64,000 bases of DNA from Thermoplasmatota archaeon (GCA_041601615.1 JBFIHX010000003.1:64001-128000); one strand, 5' to 3'. Shown: positions 9,527 through 19,530, numbered from the stretch's first letter. The notes: a model not told the origin generated them from the letters alone. Made by a program: numbers and translations.

Positions 9527-9808
9527 TTACCCGACTCGAACGCCACGCCAGAACGCAATATGCCCTCGGATGGAGTTCGCTTCCGGCTTGGTTTCCGGGT
9601 ACGTCCACGCCGCGTCCTTCTCGACTTTGCCGTTCACGACCACGTCAAAATAGGACGCTACTCCCTTCCATGGGCACGTGGTTTGGGTGCTGCTTGGGCG
9701 CAGCAAGGCGGCATCCACGTCCGACTTGGGAAAATAGTGGTTGCCTTCCACCATCACCGTCTTCTTGCTGGTCGCCACCGCTGTGCCGTTCCAAATTGCT
9801 TGCACCAT
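9527..9808 (-). CDS. DUF427 family protein
   Basis: VEGNHYFP, CPWKG.ASY, AAW.YP, I.GHIAFW. Confidence 0.9.
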   Translation of the reverse strand: MVQAIWNGTAVATSKKTVMVEGNHYFPKSDVDAALLRPSSTQTTCPWKGVASYFDVVVNGKVEKDAAWTYPETKPEANSIRGHIAFWRGVRVG

Positions 9809-10040
9809 GGGGGGCACTGGGTGCCGGCCACTGGAGACACTGGCGGTTCGAGCCACACGCTGCAAGTTGGTCCACAAAGCGAAAACAACCCAGAAACCAC
9901 CACTTTACTCTGGTGCGCCGGCGCCCTGTGTGGGTGCGCTCCCGGCTGCCCCCTCGGCTGCATCGTTCGCAATCATCCCTAGAAAGAACCAACTGCAAAT
10001 CAGCAATTGCGGTCCTGGAACCTCGGTTCCTGTGATCCAC

Positions 10041-10298
10041 ATGAAAACAACACTCCCCCTGCTGCTCCTTGCAGCTATGATGTTTGCACCCGTCGCCATG
10101 GCGGACGACGAAGGCAGCGGCGATTGCACCGGGGACGGGCTGGTTCCCGGCATTCGATGCATCACCATCGAAGCCCGGGACCACTGTACCGGAGGCGTCA
10201 TCTTGAGCCAATGCTACGGGTACACAATCGGGGATGCAATCGAGTTTACCTACTACAGCTGCGAAATCGTGTTCGGCGCCGGCAGCTGCCCCGTCTAA
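10041..10298 (+). CDS. small secreted six-cysteine peptide (family B, copy 1)
   Basis: GTGATC RBS; MKTTLPLLLLA signal ending AMA; six Cys, ends CEIVFGAGSCPV. Confidence 0.75.
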   Translation: MKTTLPLLLLAAMMFAPVAMADDEGSGDCTGDGLVPGIRCITIEARDHCTGGVILSQCYGYTIGDAIEFTYYSCEIVFGAGSCPV

Positions 10299-10397
10299 AC
10301 AAGCACAACGCCCACAGGACTGCATTTTGCAGCAGCCCTTCCTCCTTCCCCGCTTGTCCCCAATGAAATTCAAATCCTCCTCAGTGGATGCTTCCAC

Positions 10398-10634
10398 ATG
10401 CGAATCGTCGTCGCCCTGATGCTGCTCGTTCCCACCCTCGTGGCGGTCCCCTCGGTGCAGGCCAGTTGTGAAGGCCAAGTCGAAGACACCATTTGCCTCT
10501 ACGGAGCGCTGCAAAACAACCCATGCCAGGCCATCAACGTGTTTTGCCAAACCGCACGACTGCAATCCATCCTCGGCGGCTACATGGAACGCACCTGCGT
10601 GCGCGTCCTCGGCCCATCCTTCTGCTACCTCTAG
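10398..10634 (+). CDS. small secreted six-cysteine peptide (family B, copy 2)
   Basis: signal ending VQA; six Cys, ends CVRVLGPSFCYL. Confidence 0.75.
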   Translation: MRIVVALMLLVPTLVAVPSVQASCEGQVEDTICLYGALQNNPCQAINVFCQTARLQSILGGYMERTCVRVLGPSFCYL

Positions 10635-10784
10635 GCCACAGCTTTCCGCGCAACGCCGAACACGACGCGCCGACAGCAGAAATCGGCAATCACGCAACTT
10701 GCGCCGATCTCGCCCCAACCACGGGCCCATCGCCGCAACCTTTCCCCACTGACTCCCGCCCTCCTTCTTTTATACAACGCCATC

Positions 10785-11216
10785 GTGGAATCCTTTGTGG
10801 CAGACGAACAGGCGGACAAGCTCGCAGACCGCGAGATCGAGGCGGCCGAACCGACGGTCGGGGGCAAGGCGATGCGCGCAGCGGACCGCAACGCACGCAA
10901 CCTGAACCCCGACGACGAAGGCCCCATCCGATACCGCCTCCCGGACCCCAAGAACCGTGAACTGTTCGCCATCGCAGACCAGTTGCTGGGAGCAAGCAAG
11001 CTTATTGTCATGTGCGAAGACGGCAAGAGCCGCATGGCCCGGATCCCGGGAAAGATGAAGCGCCGCCAGTGGATCAAACCCGGCGACCTTGTCATCATCC
11101 GCCCATGGGACATCTCGGACGACAAGGCGGACGTCAAACACCGCTACCTGCGCATCCAGTCCCAGCACCTGTCTCGCCGCGGCCTCATCCCGGCGTTGCT
11201 GGACCATGGATTCTGA
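10785..11216 (+). CDS. eif1a: translation initiation factor aIF-1A
   Basis: LGA....V.C.DGK.R.ARIPGKMKRR.WI..GDLVII.PWD; aIF1A-RIO1-KH context; start uncertain. Confidence 0.93.
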   Translation: MESFVADEQADKLADREIEAAEPTVGGKAMRAADRNARNLNPDDEGPIRYRLPDPKNRELFAIADQLLGASKLIVMCEDGKSRMARIPGKMKRRQWIKPGDLVIIRPWDISDDKADVKHRYLRIQSQHLSRRGLIPALLDHGF

Positions 11217-12153
11217 GTCGGTGACCGAGCAAGACGGCCCTCTACTGGACCTGTCCGACCTGGGGCTAGACTCCGAACCAGAAGCCGAACCCGGCGCCCC
11301 CTCCGATTCCGACCCAAGCGTTCCCGACTTTGACCTCGTGGACACCGACGACAAAGTCGCAAGCAACGACGAATGGGCCTACCAACAAGCGGACCGCATG
11401 ACCGCATCCCTGCCACAACGGGAAGGCGTGAACCGCCGCACCGAGGGTGAGGTGTTTGACCACCAGACCCTCATGACGCTGCACAAATTGCTGAGCCACG
11501 GCACACTGCGCAGCCTCGATTTTCCCATCAGCACCGGCAAGGAAGCCAATGTCTTTCGAGGCACGACGCCCACCGGCGGACACGTTGCTGTGAAGATCTA
11601 CCGCATCAACACGGCGACCTTCAAGCACGTCCTGAAGTACATCCAAGGCGACGAACGTTTCGAGGGCGTCACAGGCGACAAGAAGGCGCTCGTGTTTGCC
11701 TGGGCCCAGAAAGAGTTCCGCAATCTCCACCGGCTGCGCGACGCTGGCATCCGTGTCCCTGAGCCCATCAAAGTGCTCAACAACGTCCTCGTGACGGAAT
11801 TCCTAGGCGCCGACGGCAAAGCCTGGCCCAAACTCAAGGACCTCGGCCGCATCGAGCGCGCCCAGGCAACCAAGTTCTGGGAATCCATCCGCGACGACTA
11901 CGTCAACGCCTACAACAAGGCCAAGCTCGTCCACGCGGATCTAAGCGAATACAACATCCTCGTCGAAAACTTCGAGGACCCCAAAAAGGCCCGCCTGCGC
12001 ATCATCGACGTGGGCCAAGCCGTCCTCAAAAACCACCCCATGGCATGGGAGTTTTTGGCCCGTGACGCCAAGAACCTAACCTCCTTCTTCAAGCGCCACC
12101 GCGTGCGCTGCACCCCGGAAGACCTCACCAATTTGTTGGAGCACCCAGCATGA
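11206..12153 (+). CDS. rio1: RIO1 family serine kinase
   Basis: ISTGKEANVF, AVKIYR, HADLSEYNIL, IIDVGQAV. Confidence 0.95.
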   Translation: MDSESVTEQDGPLLDLSDLGLDSEPEAEPGAPSDSDPSVPDFDLVDTDDKVASNDEWAYQQADRMTASLPQREGVNRRTEGEVFDHQTLMTLHKLLSHGTLRSLDFPISTGKEANVFRGTTPTGGHVAVKIYRINTATFKHVLKYIQGDERFEGVTGDKKALVFAWAQKEFRNLHRLRDAGIRVPEPIKVLNNVLVTEFLGADGKAWPKLKDLGRIERAQATKFWESIRDDYVNAYNKAKLVHADLSEYNILVENFEDPKKARLRIIDVGQAVLKNHPMAWEFLARDAKNLTSFFKRHRVRCTPEDLTNLLEHPA

Positions 12154-12695
12154 TCTACGTCCGCATCCCCAAGGACCGCATCGCCGTCGTCATCGGCGAG
12201 AAGGGCCAGACCAAGAAGCAACTGGAGCGCCGAGGCGGCATGAAACTCAGCGTGGACACGGACCAAAACGAGGTCACCATCCACGACGAGAAGGCCGGCG
12301 TCGACCCGCTCCTGGTGCTCAAAATGAAGGACATCATCAAAGCGATGGGACGCGGCTTCAGCCCCGAGCACGCCATGCGGCTCTTCAGCGACGACTTGTT
12401 CTTCGAGCTTCTAGACATCTACGACTTCGTGGGCAAGCACAAAAACCACGTGCGCCGCGTCGTCGCCCGCATCATCGGCAGCGACGGCAAAACCCGCCGC
12501 ATCGTCGAAGAACAAACCGGCTGCGACATCGCGATTTACGGCCATACGGTCGGCATCATCGGCCCCCTGGAATTCATCGGCGACGCCAAGCAAGCCTTGG
12601 AAATGCTGCTGCGCGGCGCCGAACACGCAAGCGTCTACCGCTTCCTGGAAAAGAAGCGCCGCGACCAGCGCAAATCGATGCAGAACGTCTGGTAA
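12150..12695 (+). CDS. KH-domain RNA-processing protein (Dim2/Pno1-like)
   Basis: RIAVVIGEKG, GRGFSPE, RIIG.DGKTR..E, G..H..VY. Confidence 0.92.
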   Translation: MIYVRIPKDRIAVVIGEKGQTKKQLERRGGMKLSVDTDQNEVTIHDEKAGVDPLLVLKMKDIIKAMGRGFSPEHAMRLFSDDLFFELLDIYDFVGKHKNHVRRVVARIIGSDGKTRRIVEEQTGCDIAIYGHTVGIIGPLEFIGDAKQALEMLLRGAEHASVYRFLEKKRRDQRKSMQNVW

Positions 12696-12787
12696 GCCCG
12701 GCCCTAGCCGGGGCCTGCAAACCTAGCCCTGCGCCTCGCCTCCAGTTGCATAGGTGTCGCTTTTTAGGTGGCCTTGGCGTCGACCGC

Positions 12788-13768
12788 ATGATGCAGGAGT
12801 CCACGACGGAACCCACTGCGCCCGCGACTGAGTCGACGGCCGAGCAACCCGCACCCCCCGTCACCGCCAGCGACTACATGGCCGCTGCTGCCTTGATGCT
12901 CGCATTCGTGGTCACCCAGGTGCTCGCGGTTCTGTTTGCGCAGCCCTTCGTGGATGCCAAACTGCAAGCGTTCGAGAACCCCGACGACGCAAGCAACTCG
13001 GTCTGGTACATCCTGCTCTTGCTTGCGTTCACGTTCCTCATCCTGTGGATTGCCAAGAAGGGCAAGAAGTGGCTGATCCAAGTCATCATCCTCACCGCCG
13101 TCGGCGCCACCGTCGCCTATGTGGTCGCACCCATGCTCATGTGGTACGGGGTCGGCACCGGCCTCGCGTGGGGCGCCGGTGCGGTGCTCGCGGCGGGTGC
13201 TACCTTGTGGCTTTTCCTGAAGCCAGAGTGGTACGTCATCGACTTCGTCGGCATCCTCGTAGCTGCCGGCGCCGCGGCCATCTTCGGCATAAGCCTCGGC
13301 CTCGTGCCCGTCATCGTGCTCCTCGTGGGACTCGCCATCTACGACGCCATCGCCGTGTACAAGACCAAGCACATGCTGAGCCTTGCCGACTCCGTCATCG
13401 AACTGCGCCTCCCGGTGCTGCTCGTCGTGCCCAAACACCGCGGCTATTCGTTCCTCAAAGAAGCCGCCAAATTCAAAGAAGCCGGCCCCGAAAACAAAGA
13501 AGACCGCGAGGCGTTCTTCATGGGCCTCGGCGACCTCGTCATGCCCACCATCCTCGTCGTCAGCGCCCTGTTCTATCCGCCCAACGGCAGCGACGGACGA
13601 CTCGAAGCGATCGGGGCAGCGCTCGGGACACTCGTAGGTTACGGCGTGTTGATGGGCTACGTCATGAAGGGGAATCCGCAAGCAGGACTGCCGTTGTTGA
13701 ACGGTGGGGCGATTGTTGGGTTCCTTGTGGGCGTGTTTGCGGCGACGGGAAGCATCGTTTTCTGGTAG
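12788..13768 (+). CDS. presenilin-family intramembrane aspartyl protease (PSH)
   Basis: YDAIAVY, MGLGD, PQAGLPLLN motifs; multiple TM helices. Confidence 0.93.
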   Translation: MMQESTTEPTAPATESTAEQPAPPVTASDYMAAAALMLAFVVTQVLAVLFAQPFVDAKLQAFENPDDASNSVWYILLLLAFTFLILWIAKKGKKWLIQVIILTAVGATVAYVVAPMLMWYGVGTGLAWGAGAVLAAGATLWLFLKPEWYVIDFVGILVAAGAAAIFGISLGLVPVIVLLVGLAIYDAIAVYKTKHMLSLADSVIELRLPVLLVVPKHRGYSFLKEAAKFKEAGPENKEDREAFFMGLGDLVMPTILVVSALFYPPNGSDGRLEAIGAALGTLVGYGVLMGYVMKGNPQAGLPLLNGGAIVGFLVGVFAATGSIVFW

Positions 13769-13811
13769 CTAGGAGAATTTTAGATACGCTGTCATTATCT
13801 ATGGACACAGA

Positions 13812-14693
13812 ATGGACGAAGAGGACACCAACGAACACCGCGTCAAATACGCGGTGAAAACGTGGAATGAACATCTAATCTCCTATTGGTCCTACTTCAC
13901 GAAGGAAGGGGCAACCCTGATTTCCACATGGCTTGCGGGAATTGCGGTCACCGAATTCCTTGTTGCGCTTTCAGGAAGCCGGCCACCATGGATTGCCGTA
14001 ATAGTCCCCGTGGCAGGTGTGGGAATTTTGGCGGCGGGTTTCCGAGCATTCCAAAGGTATCGGTCGTACGTTTCCCCGGCGCTTCTGGACGAAAGCCAAA
14101 AGTCCAAAGACATTGCTTGGAACCAGCGATTTGGCTGGCAATGGAATCTGGCGCACGAACTACTAACACAACGGCTCCGGGCCAGTGACGCTGCGCTAGA
14201 TCGTCTGAGGCGTGGCTCCCAGTTCGTTGAACCTATCAAATTGCCGGCGAATGAATACTGGGGGTGGCTTATTGGACGAACTGGAAGGCTCACGCGTCTG
14301 GCCGATGCAGTCAAGGTTCAGGTAGTTACGGATCTTATGGGGTCCATTGGAAAAATTACGGATGAAGAAGGCATCGCAGATATGATGGTAGAAATAGAAT
14401 CATTAACATCGCAATACCTATTAACGGTAAAATTTGAAGAAGAATGCCATGCTATGGTCCCACCAGAAGGTTTTTCATCTGTTCATGAAGTTTCATATGC
14501 CTGGACAGACACAATACGGGATTTCATGAACGAGTTTCTTGGAGTTTGTCAGTCCCTTGCAGATATGAATCGGCGCGCACTTCGAAAAGGTCAGATTGAA
14601 CCTCCCTCGTTTACTCTGAAAATGGCAGCTCCAGCCAATATTGATGAATTTATCAGGCGACTAGAACGCATTGATCCTTCAATATTTAACTAA
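13812..14693 (+). CDS. hypothetical protein with two N-terminal TM segments, lower GC than flanks
   Basis: 293-aa ORF; AT-richer codon usage; no motif recognised. Confidence 0.7.
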   Translation: MDEEDTNEHRVKYAVKTWNEHLISYWSYFTKEGATLISTWLAGIAVTEFLVALSGSRPPWIAVIVPVAGVGILAAGFRAFQRYRSYVSPALLDESQKSKDIAWNQRFGWQWNLAHELLTQRLRASDAALDRLRRGSQFVEPIKLPANEYWGWLIGRTGRLTRLADAVKVQVVTDLMGSIGKITDEEGIADMMVEIESLTSQYLLTVKFEEECHAMVPPEGFSSVHEVSYAWTDTIRDFMNEFLGVCQSLADMNRRALRKGQIEPPSFTLKMAAPANIDEFIRRLERIDPSIFN

Positions 14694-14777
14694 TTTATTT
14701 ATTAAATGTCATGAAGGATGCTCCGTAAATTGCTTGGTGAGTTCCCTAAGATAATCGGGACAAATTCTTTTGGATGT

Positions 14778-15422
14778 CTATGCCGATTCACACAGCCCTT
14801 CCACAACCCTCCAAACCCGATCCCCCAACCCGAACGCCTCGGGCTCGTCGTGTGTCACCCACAGCGCCGCAACACCTTGCTCCCGCAGCAGTTCCTTGAC
14901 GCGGCGGCCCAGTTCGTCGCGCAGGGTCCGGTCGAGCGCCGAAAACGGTTCGTCCAACAAAACAGCCTTCGGTTTGGCGGCAAGCGTCCGGGCCAGCGCC
15001 ACTCTTTGCCGTTGTCCGCCGCTGAGCTCGTCCACGCGGTCGCCTGCTCGGTCGGCAAGGTCTACGAGGTCCAGCCAATGGAGGGCCTCGGCGGGGCGCT
15101 CGGCGCGTGGGATGCCTCGGTAGCGGAGGCCGAAGGCGACGTTTTGGCCAACGTTGAGGTGTGGAAACAGGGCGGGTTCCTGAAACAGCATGCCGACGTG
15201 GCGTTTGTGCGTCGGTAGTTGGGTGAGGTCGGTACCGCCGAGCTGGACGGTGCCTTGGGTGGGTGCTTCGAGGCCGGCGATGATGCGCAGGAGCGTGGAT
15301 TTTCCGACTCCGCTGGGTCCGAGTAAGAATCCGGATTCGCCGGCTTGGACGGTGAGGCTGGCGCCGGCTAGAAGGGGGCGGTCGTCGTAGCGGAAGTGGA
15401 TGTCGGTGGCGGTGAGGTTCAT
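14778..15422 (-). CDS. thiQ: ABC transporter ATP-binding protein (ThiQ-like)
   Basis: GPSGVGKST, LSGGQRQR, LLDEPF; operon context. Confidence 0.85.
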   Translation of the reverse strand: MNLTATDIHFRYDDRPLLAGASLTVQAGESGFLLGPSGVGKSTLLRIIAGLEAPTQGTVQLGGTDLTQLPTHKRHVGMLFQEPALFPHLNVGQNVAFGLRYRGIPRAERPAEALHWLDLVDLADRAGDRVDELSGGQRQRVALARTLAAKPKAVLLDEPFSALDRTLRDELGRRVKELLREQGVAALWVTHDEPEAFGLGDRVWRVVEGLCESA

Positions 15423-17017
15423 GCGCGGTCTCCGAAGCGTTCAACGGCGACGAGGGCGAGAGCGGTGAGGATCATGAGTAGCCCTGCGAGTGCCACGACT
15501 TGCGCTCGGACGAGTGGGTCGAAGCTGGTGAGTCCTTGGCTGCCGATCCAGACGCTGAGGCTGCGGTTTTGGGCGTTTTGCAGGAGGAGGCTGGCGCCGA
15601 AGTCTCCGAGGCTCATGGCGGCGGCGAGGCCGGCTGCGGCGACGAGGGGGGCGCGAAGGAGAGGGGTGTGGATGCGGCCGACGATGCCGAGTGGTGGGGT
15701 GCCCACGAGGGCGGCTGCTTCGTCGAGGCTGGCGTCGTGTTGTTCGAGGGCGGGAAGCAGGGCGCGGGCCGTGAAGGGGAAGGCGACGAGGGCGTGGGCG
15801 GCGATGATGAGGACGCGGCCGGTCCAGACGTCGAGAAAGCCCGTGACGCCGTAGGTGAGGAGGATGCCAAAACCGATCAGAAGACTGCTGGCGCCGAGGG
15901 GTAGGGCTGCGACGGCGTGGAGGAGGGTGCGGGGCCAGGCTCCGAGGCGCCGGGCGCTGTAGCCGAGCATGAGGGTGAGCGCGAGCGCGAGGGTCATGCT
16001 GGCGGCGGCGTACAGGAGGCTGAGTCCGATGGCGTGTGCGAGGTTGAGTCCGGGGATGTGGGCGGCGTGATTGGGGTCGAGGAGAGCGCGCCAGGGTTCG
16101 AGGCTCCATTCGCCACGCACTTGGAGGCCGCCGAGGAGCACGGCGAGGGCGGGGAGGGCTCCGATGGCGGCAAGCAGCCACGCGAGGGTTCGGTCGCGGC
16201 GGCGTTCGGGTGCGTCGGGGATGGGTTCGCGGGGCAGGCGGGTTTGGCGGCGAATCAGGACGAGGTAGCCGATGAGCAAGAGGGAGTTTGCGGCGAGTTG
16301 GAGGATGCCGAGGACGGCGGCGCGGTTGCGTCTTGGAAAGGCGCCGCGTAGGTTTTCGTAGAGGAGGGTTTCGAGGGTCGAGACGGTGTTGTCGCCGAGG
16401 TACAGCACGACGCCGAAGCTGCTGAAGGCAAAGAGCCAGACGAGCACGGCGACGGCGAGTATGCTTGGCAGTAGGAGTGGTATGGTGGTGCGTAGGGCGG
16501 CGGCGCGGGGGCTGGCGCCGAGGACGCGGGCGGCGGCTTCTAGGCGGCGGGGGCGGCGTTCGAGGGCGGCGTGTAGGAGGCGGGCGGCGAAGCCGTAGTT
16601 GTAGTAGGCGTGGGCGATGACGACGGAGCCGAGTGGTCCGACGGCGGAGAGGATGTTGATGCCGAGGGTGCGTTCGCTCCAGCCGTCGGCGCCGAGGGTG
16701 GCTTGGATGCCGAAGACGACGACGAAGACGGGCAGGACGAAGGGGGCGGCGTGGATGGCAAGCGGTGCCCTGGTGCGCGGGAGTCGGGTGTGATGAAACC
16801 AGGCAAGCGGCAGGGCGAGGGCGAGGGTGAGGGCGACGCTGAGGCTGGCCATCCAGGCGGCTCCGAGGAGTCGGCTGTGCACGAGGGGGTGGCTTGCGGC
16901 CCAGCGCCATGCCTCCGCGTCTGCTGCGGTGAGGGTGGCGAGGAGGGGGCGGAAGAAGGCGAAGGCTAGAAAGAGGGCCGGCACGGCGAGGAGGGCCGCG
17001 ACGGTGCCGCGTTTCAT
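15419..17017 (-). CDS. thiP: thiamine ABC transporter permease
   Basis: two permease repeats with EAA loops (EAAARVLGA, EAAALVG). Confidence 0.85.
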   Translation of the reverse strand: MKRGTVAALLAVPALFLAFAFFRPLLATLTAADAEAWRWAASHPLVHSRLLGAAWMASLSVALTLALALPLAWFHHTRLPRTRAPLAIHAAPFVLPVFVVVFGIQATLGADGWSERTLGINILSAVGPLGSVVIAHAYYNYGFAARLLHAALERRPRRLEAAARVLGASPRAAALRTTIPLLLPSILAVAVLVWLFAFSSFGVVLYLGDNTVSTLETLLYENLRGAFPRRNRAAVLGILQLAANSLLLIGYLVLIRRQTRLPREPIPDAPERRRDRTLAWLLAAIGALPALAVLLGGLQVRGEWSLEPWRALLDPNHAAHIPGLNLAHAIGLSLLYAAASMTLALALTLMLGYSARRLGAWPRTLLHAVAALPLGASSLLIGFGILLTYGVTGFLDVWTGRVLIIAAHALVAFPFTARALLPALEQHDASLDEAAALVGTPPLGIVGRIHTPLLRAPLVAAAGLAAAMSLGDFGASLLLQNAQNRSLSVWIGSQGLTSFDPLVRAQVVALAGLLMILTALALVAVERFGDRA

Positions 17018-18237
17018 GCGCGGTGGAGGTCGTATAGGTCGGCCCAGTCCTGGACCCAGTCGTCTACGTTGGCACCGATGGTTTCGTAGTCGAGGTGGGC
17101 TACGATGAGGTCGCGGGGGTAGGGGTCGTTGCCGGCGAAGACGTCTTTGACGCTTTGGCGAGACAATGGCGTGTCCACGACGGGGTAGATGGCGTTGTGT
17201 GGGGCTGCGAGGCCTTGGAATTCGTCGGTGAGGGTGAATTCGATCCAGGCTTCGGCGACGGCGCGGTTTTTGGTGCCGTTGAGAATACCCATGGTTTGGA
17301 TTTGCTCGAAGACGCTTTGGGGTGCTAGGAGGTTGCCGTTCAGGGTTTCGGCGCCGTAGTAGAGCTCAAAGGCGGGGCTGCTGGTGTAGCTCGTGACGAT
17401 GGTTTTGTCGCCTCGGGTGCCTTCTTCGTATTGGCCGTAGCCGCCGCTGAATCGGTCGACGTAGGCTTCGCTCCAGCCGCTGGTGACAGTGACGCCGCCC
17501 TCGAAGAGCGCGTCCCAGTAGCCGAGGTAGCAGGCTTCGCCGTAGGTGGCGACGGTGGCGAGCAGGAAGCCGAGGCCGGGGCTGCTGAAGCGGGGGTCTT
17601 CGGTGACGAATGCTTCGGCGTTGTCGACGAGGTCGTCCATGCTGGTGATGCTGGGGCCGGTGCGGGGGTCGATGTTGACTGCGATGTAGCCTCGGTCGAC
17701 GGGGGTGGCGAGCCAGGTTCCGTTGTTGTCGGTGGGGACGAAGCGGAATTCGGGTTCGATGCGGGGGGCGCCGAGTGGGGTGTAGGCGTCGAAGATGTCG
17801 GCGGCTACGGCTTTGCTCATGAGTGCGTTGTCGATGCCGTAGAGGATGTCGAAGGATCCGCCGCCTGCTTCGTGGTCTTGGACGGCGAGTTGGAGTGCGC
17901 TGCCGGCGTCGTCTGCGGCAACTTGGGTGATTTTTGCTCCGGTGCGGTTTTCAAAGAGCGAGCGGGCTGCTTCGAAGGCGGAGCTGAATGCGCCGTGGTC
18001 GAGGATGGTCAGGGTTTCGCCTTCCAGGTTGGGCCAGGTTTGTCCGTCGAAGCCCATGTCGGAGTAGAGCGTTTGGCTGTTGGCGTCGAAGTCGATGGCG
18101 GTGGCCGAGCGTATGGCTGGTTCCTGGTCGGGATTGGCGTTTTGCCAGCAGACTTCGGGGCTGTCGAAGCCGAAGCAGCCGGAGAGGCCGGGGGCGAGCA
18201 GGAGGAGCATGGCGTAGGTTGCGAGGGGGGTCTTCAT
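17014..18237 (-). CDS. thiB: thiamine ABC transporter substrate-binding lipoprotein
   Basis: lipobox LSGC; GIDN, DPR.SSPGLGFL, GWSEAY, SY.SSPA; start ATG 18237. Confidence 0.88.
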   Translation of the reverse strand: MKTPLATYAMLLLLAPGLSGCFGFDSPEVCWQNANPDQEPAIRSATAIDFDANSQTLYSDMGFDGQTWPNLEGETLTILDHGAFSSAFEAARSLFENRTGAKITQVAADDAGSALQLAVQDHEAGGGSFDILYGIDNALMSKAVAADIFDAYTPLGAPRIEPEFRFVPTDNNGTWLATPVDRGYIAVNIDPRTGPSITSMDDLVDNAEAFVTEDPRFSSPGLGFLLATVATYGEACYLGYWDALFEGGVTVTSGWSEAYVDRFSGGYGQYEEGTRGDKTIVTSYTSSPAFELYYGAETLNGNLLAPQSVFEQIQTMGILNGTKNRAVAEAWIEFTLTDEFQGLAAPHNAIYPVVDTPLSRQSVKDVFAGNDPYPRDLIVAHLDYETIGANVDDWVQDWADLYDLHRA

Positions 18238-19016
18238 GGAGGCACCTGGGATGCGAGTCGGAGGATGGTCTTGGCGACGTCTGTGGCGGTGTGTCCGGCC
18301 ACGTAGAGGCAGGGTTCGATGCCGATGGCTCCAGGGTCGTGGATCAGCATCGGCGTCCGGGGGGACTTCTGGACTGCCTGCAAGAAGAGTTCGGTCCGGT
18401 CCCCGTCGCCGTCGAGACGCACGGATGTGCCGGCGATGCGGGCGAGATCTGCGCCGCCTCGGATGTTGGCAAGGGCGTGAATGTCTTCGTCTCGGGCGCG
18501 CAATGCAAGGAGGCAGGCGGCGAGGTGTTTGCTGCCGCCGAGCACGGGGGGTGCTGGGCGCAGGATGCGGTCGCCTGCCAATACGAGGCGGGCGGGGTAG
18601 GCAAGGATCTTGGAGGGGTCTGTGGCGCCGGGGAGGGCGCGGGCGAGGTTCATGCCTACTTGGGGCATCACGGCCGCGATGTTTACCGAGAGCAGGTGCC
18701 GTTCTGCTTGCAACAGGTCGTCGAGGGCGTGGTCGCCGTGGTCGCGGGCCACGGTCAATGTCGTGCACCAGGTGCTTGGGCCGTCGCGGAGGGCGGAATT
18801 GTCCAGGTCTGCAATCAACTCGTCTACGAGGCGCAAAACCAGGGGGTCTTCGTCCTCGTCGCGTGCTTGGTACTTGCTGATCATTGCTTGGCTAACACCG
18901 ATGGCGTCGGCGGTGCGGCTCTGGCTCCAGCCATCTGCTACTAGTCTTCGGGCTGCTTCAGCGCGCACGCGGGGAAACACGTGGTCGGCAAGATGGAAGC
19001 AGGCCGGGACGGGCAC
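18234..19016 (-). CDS. thiR: ThiR-like regulator (HTH plus ThiN-like domain)
   Basis: N-terminal SQ...A..IGVSQA.ISKY; P.VG.N.A, GGSKHLA, D.G..GIEP; heads the thiBPQ operon. Confidence 0.75.
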   Translation of the reverse strand: MPVPACFHLADHVFPRVRAEAARRLVADGWSQSRTADAIGVSQAMISKYQARDEDEDPLVLRLVDELIADLDNSALRDGPSTWCTTLTVARDHGDHALDDLLQAERHLLSVNIAAVMPQVGMNLARALPGATDPSKILAYPARLVLAGDRILRPAPPVLGGSKHLAACLLALRARDEDIHALANIRGGADLARIAGTSVRLDGDGDRTELFLQAVQKSPRTPMLIHDPGAIGIEPCLYVAGHTATDVAKTILRLASQVPP

Positions 19017-19095
19017 GGACGCGGGGACAAGAGAGTGTAATAAATGGGTTATGGAAGAGAATTAGTTGGTAATGCCGCGCTTGTGGGGCTCTTGG

Positions 19096-19530
19096 TTACG
19101 AAACGTCTATGTTGCGATCCACGGGCCCGTAGCGCGGGTGGTAGTGTCGACTTTGGCGCACCAAGCCCGCGTCGCAAAGGGATCGAAGGTGGCGCCGAAT
19201 CACCTTGCGGCTCAATTTGAGGGCGATGGCCAACTCTTGGATGCGCACCTCGCCGCGGGCGTAGACGACATCCAGGAGTTCCATCGCCTCGTCTTCGCGC
19301 AGTGCCGCCAAGTGTCGCAGCTGCTCGAACGGCACTTCGGCGGGGAACACCTGAACCTCTCGTCCTTCGCGCCGCACTTGGACTTCGCCATGTTCCTCTA
19401 GGAGCTTGATGTGGCGAAACACCGTGCCCCAGGCCAATCCGGTGGCATCGCACAAGGCCATCTTGTTGATGCCGGGCTGATCCTGGATTACATCCATCAA
19501 TTTCTCTCGGGTTTCGTCGCCTCGTTTCAA
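19096..19530 (-). CDS. tandem winged helix-turn-helix transcriptional regulator
   Basis: PGI....L...TGL.WGTV..H...L...G and second HTH ELA..L.LSRK.I..HL..L...GLV; TTG start overlaps upstream TGA. Confidence 0.8.
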   Translation of the reverse strand: MKRGDETREKLMDVIQDQPGINKMALCDATGLAWGTVFRHIKLLEEHGEVQVRREGREVQVFPAEVPFEQLRHLAALREDEAMELLDVVYARGEVRIQELAIALKLSRKVIRRHLRSLCDAGLVRQSRHYHPRYGPVDRNIDVS

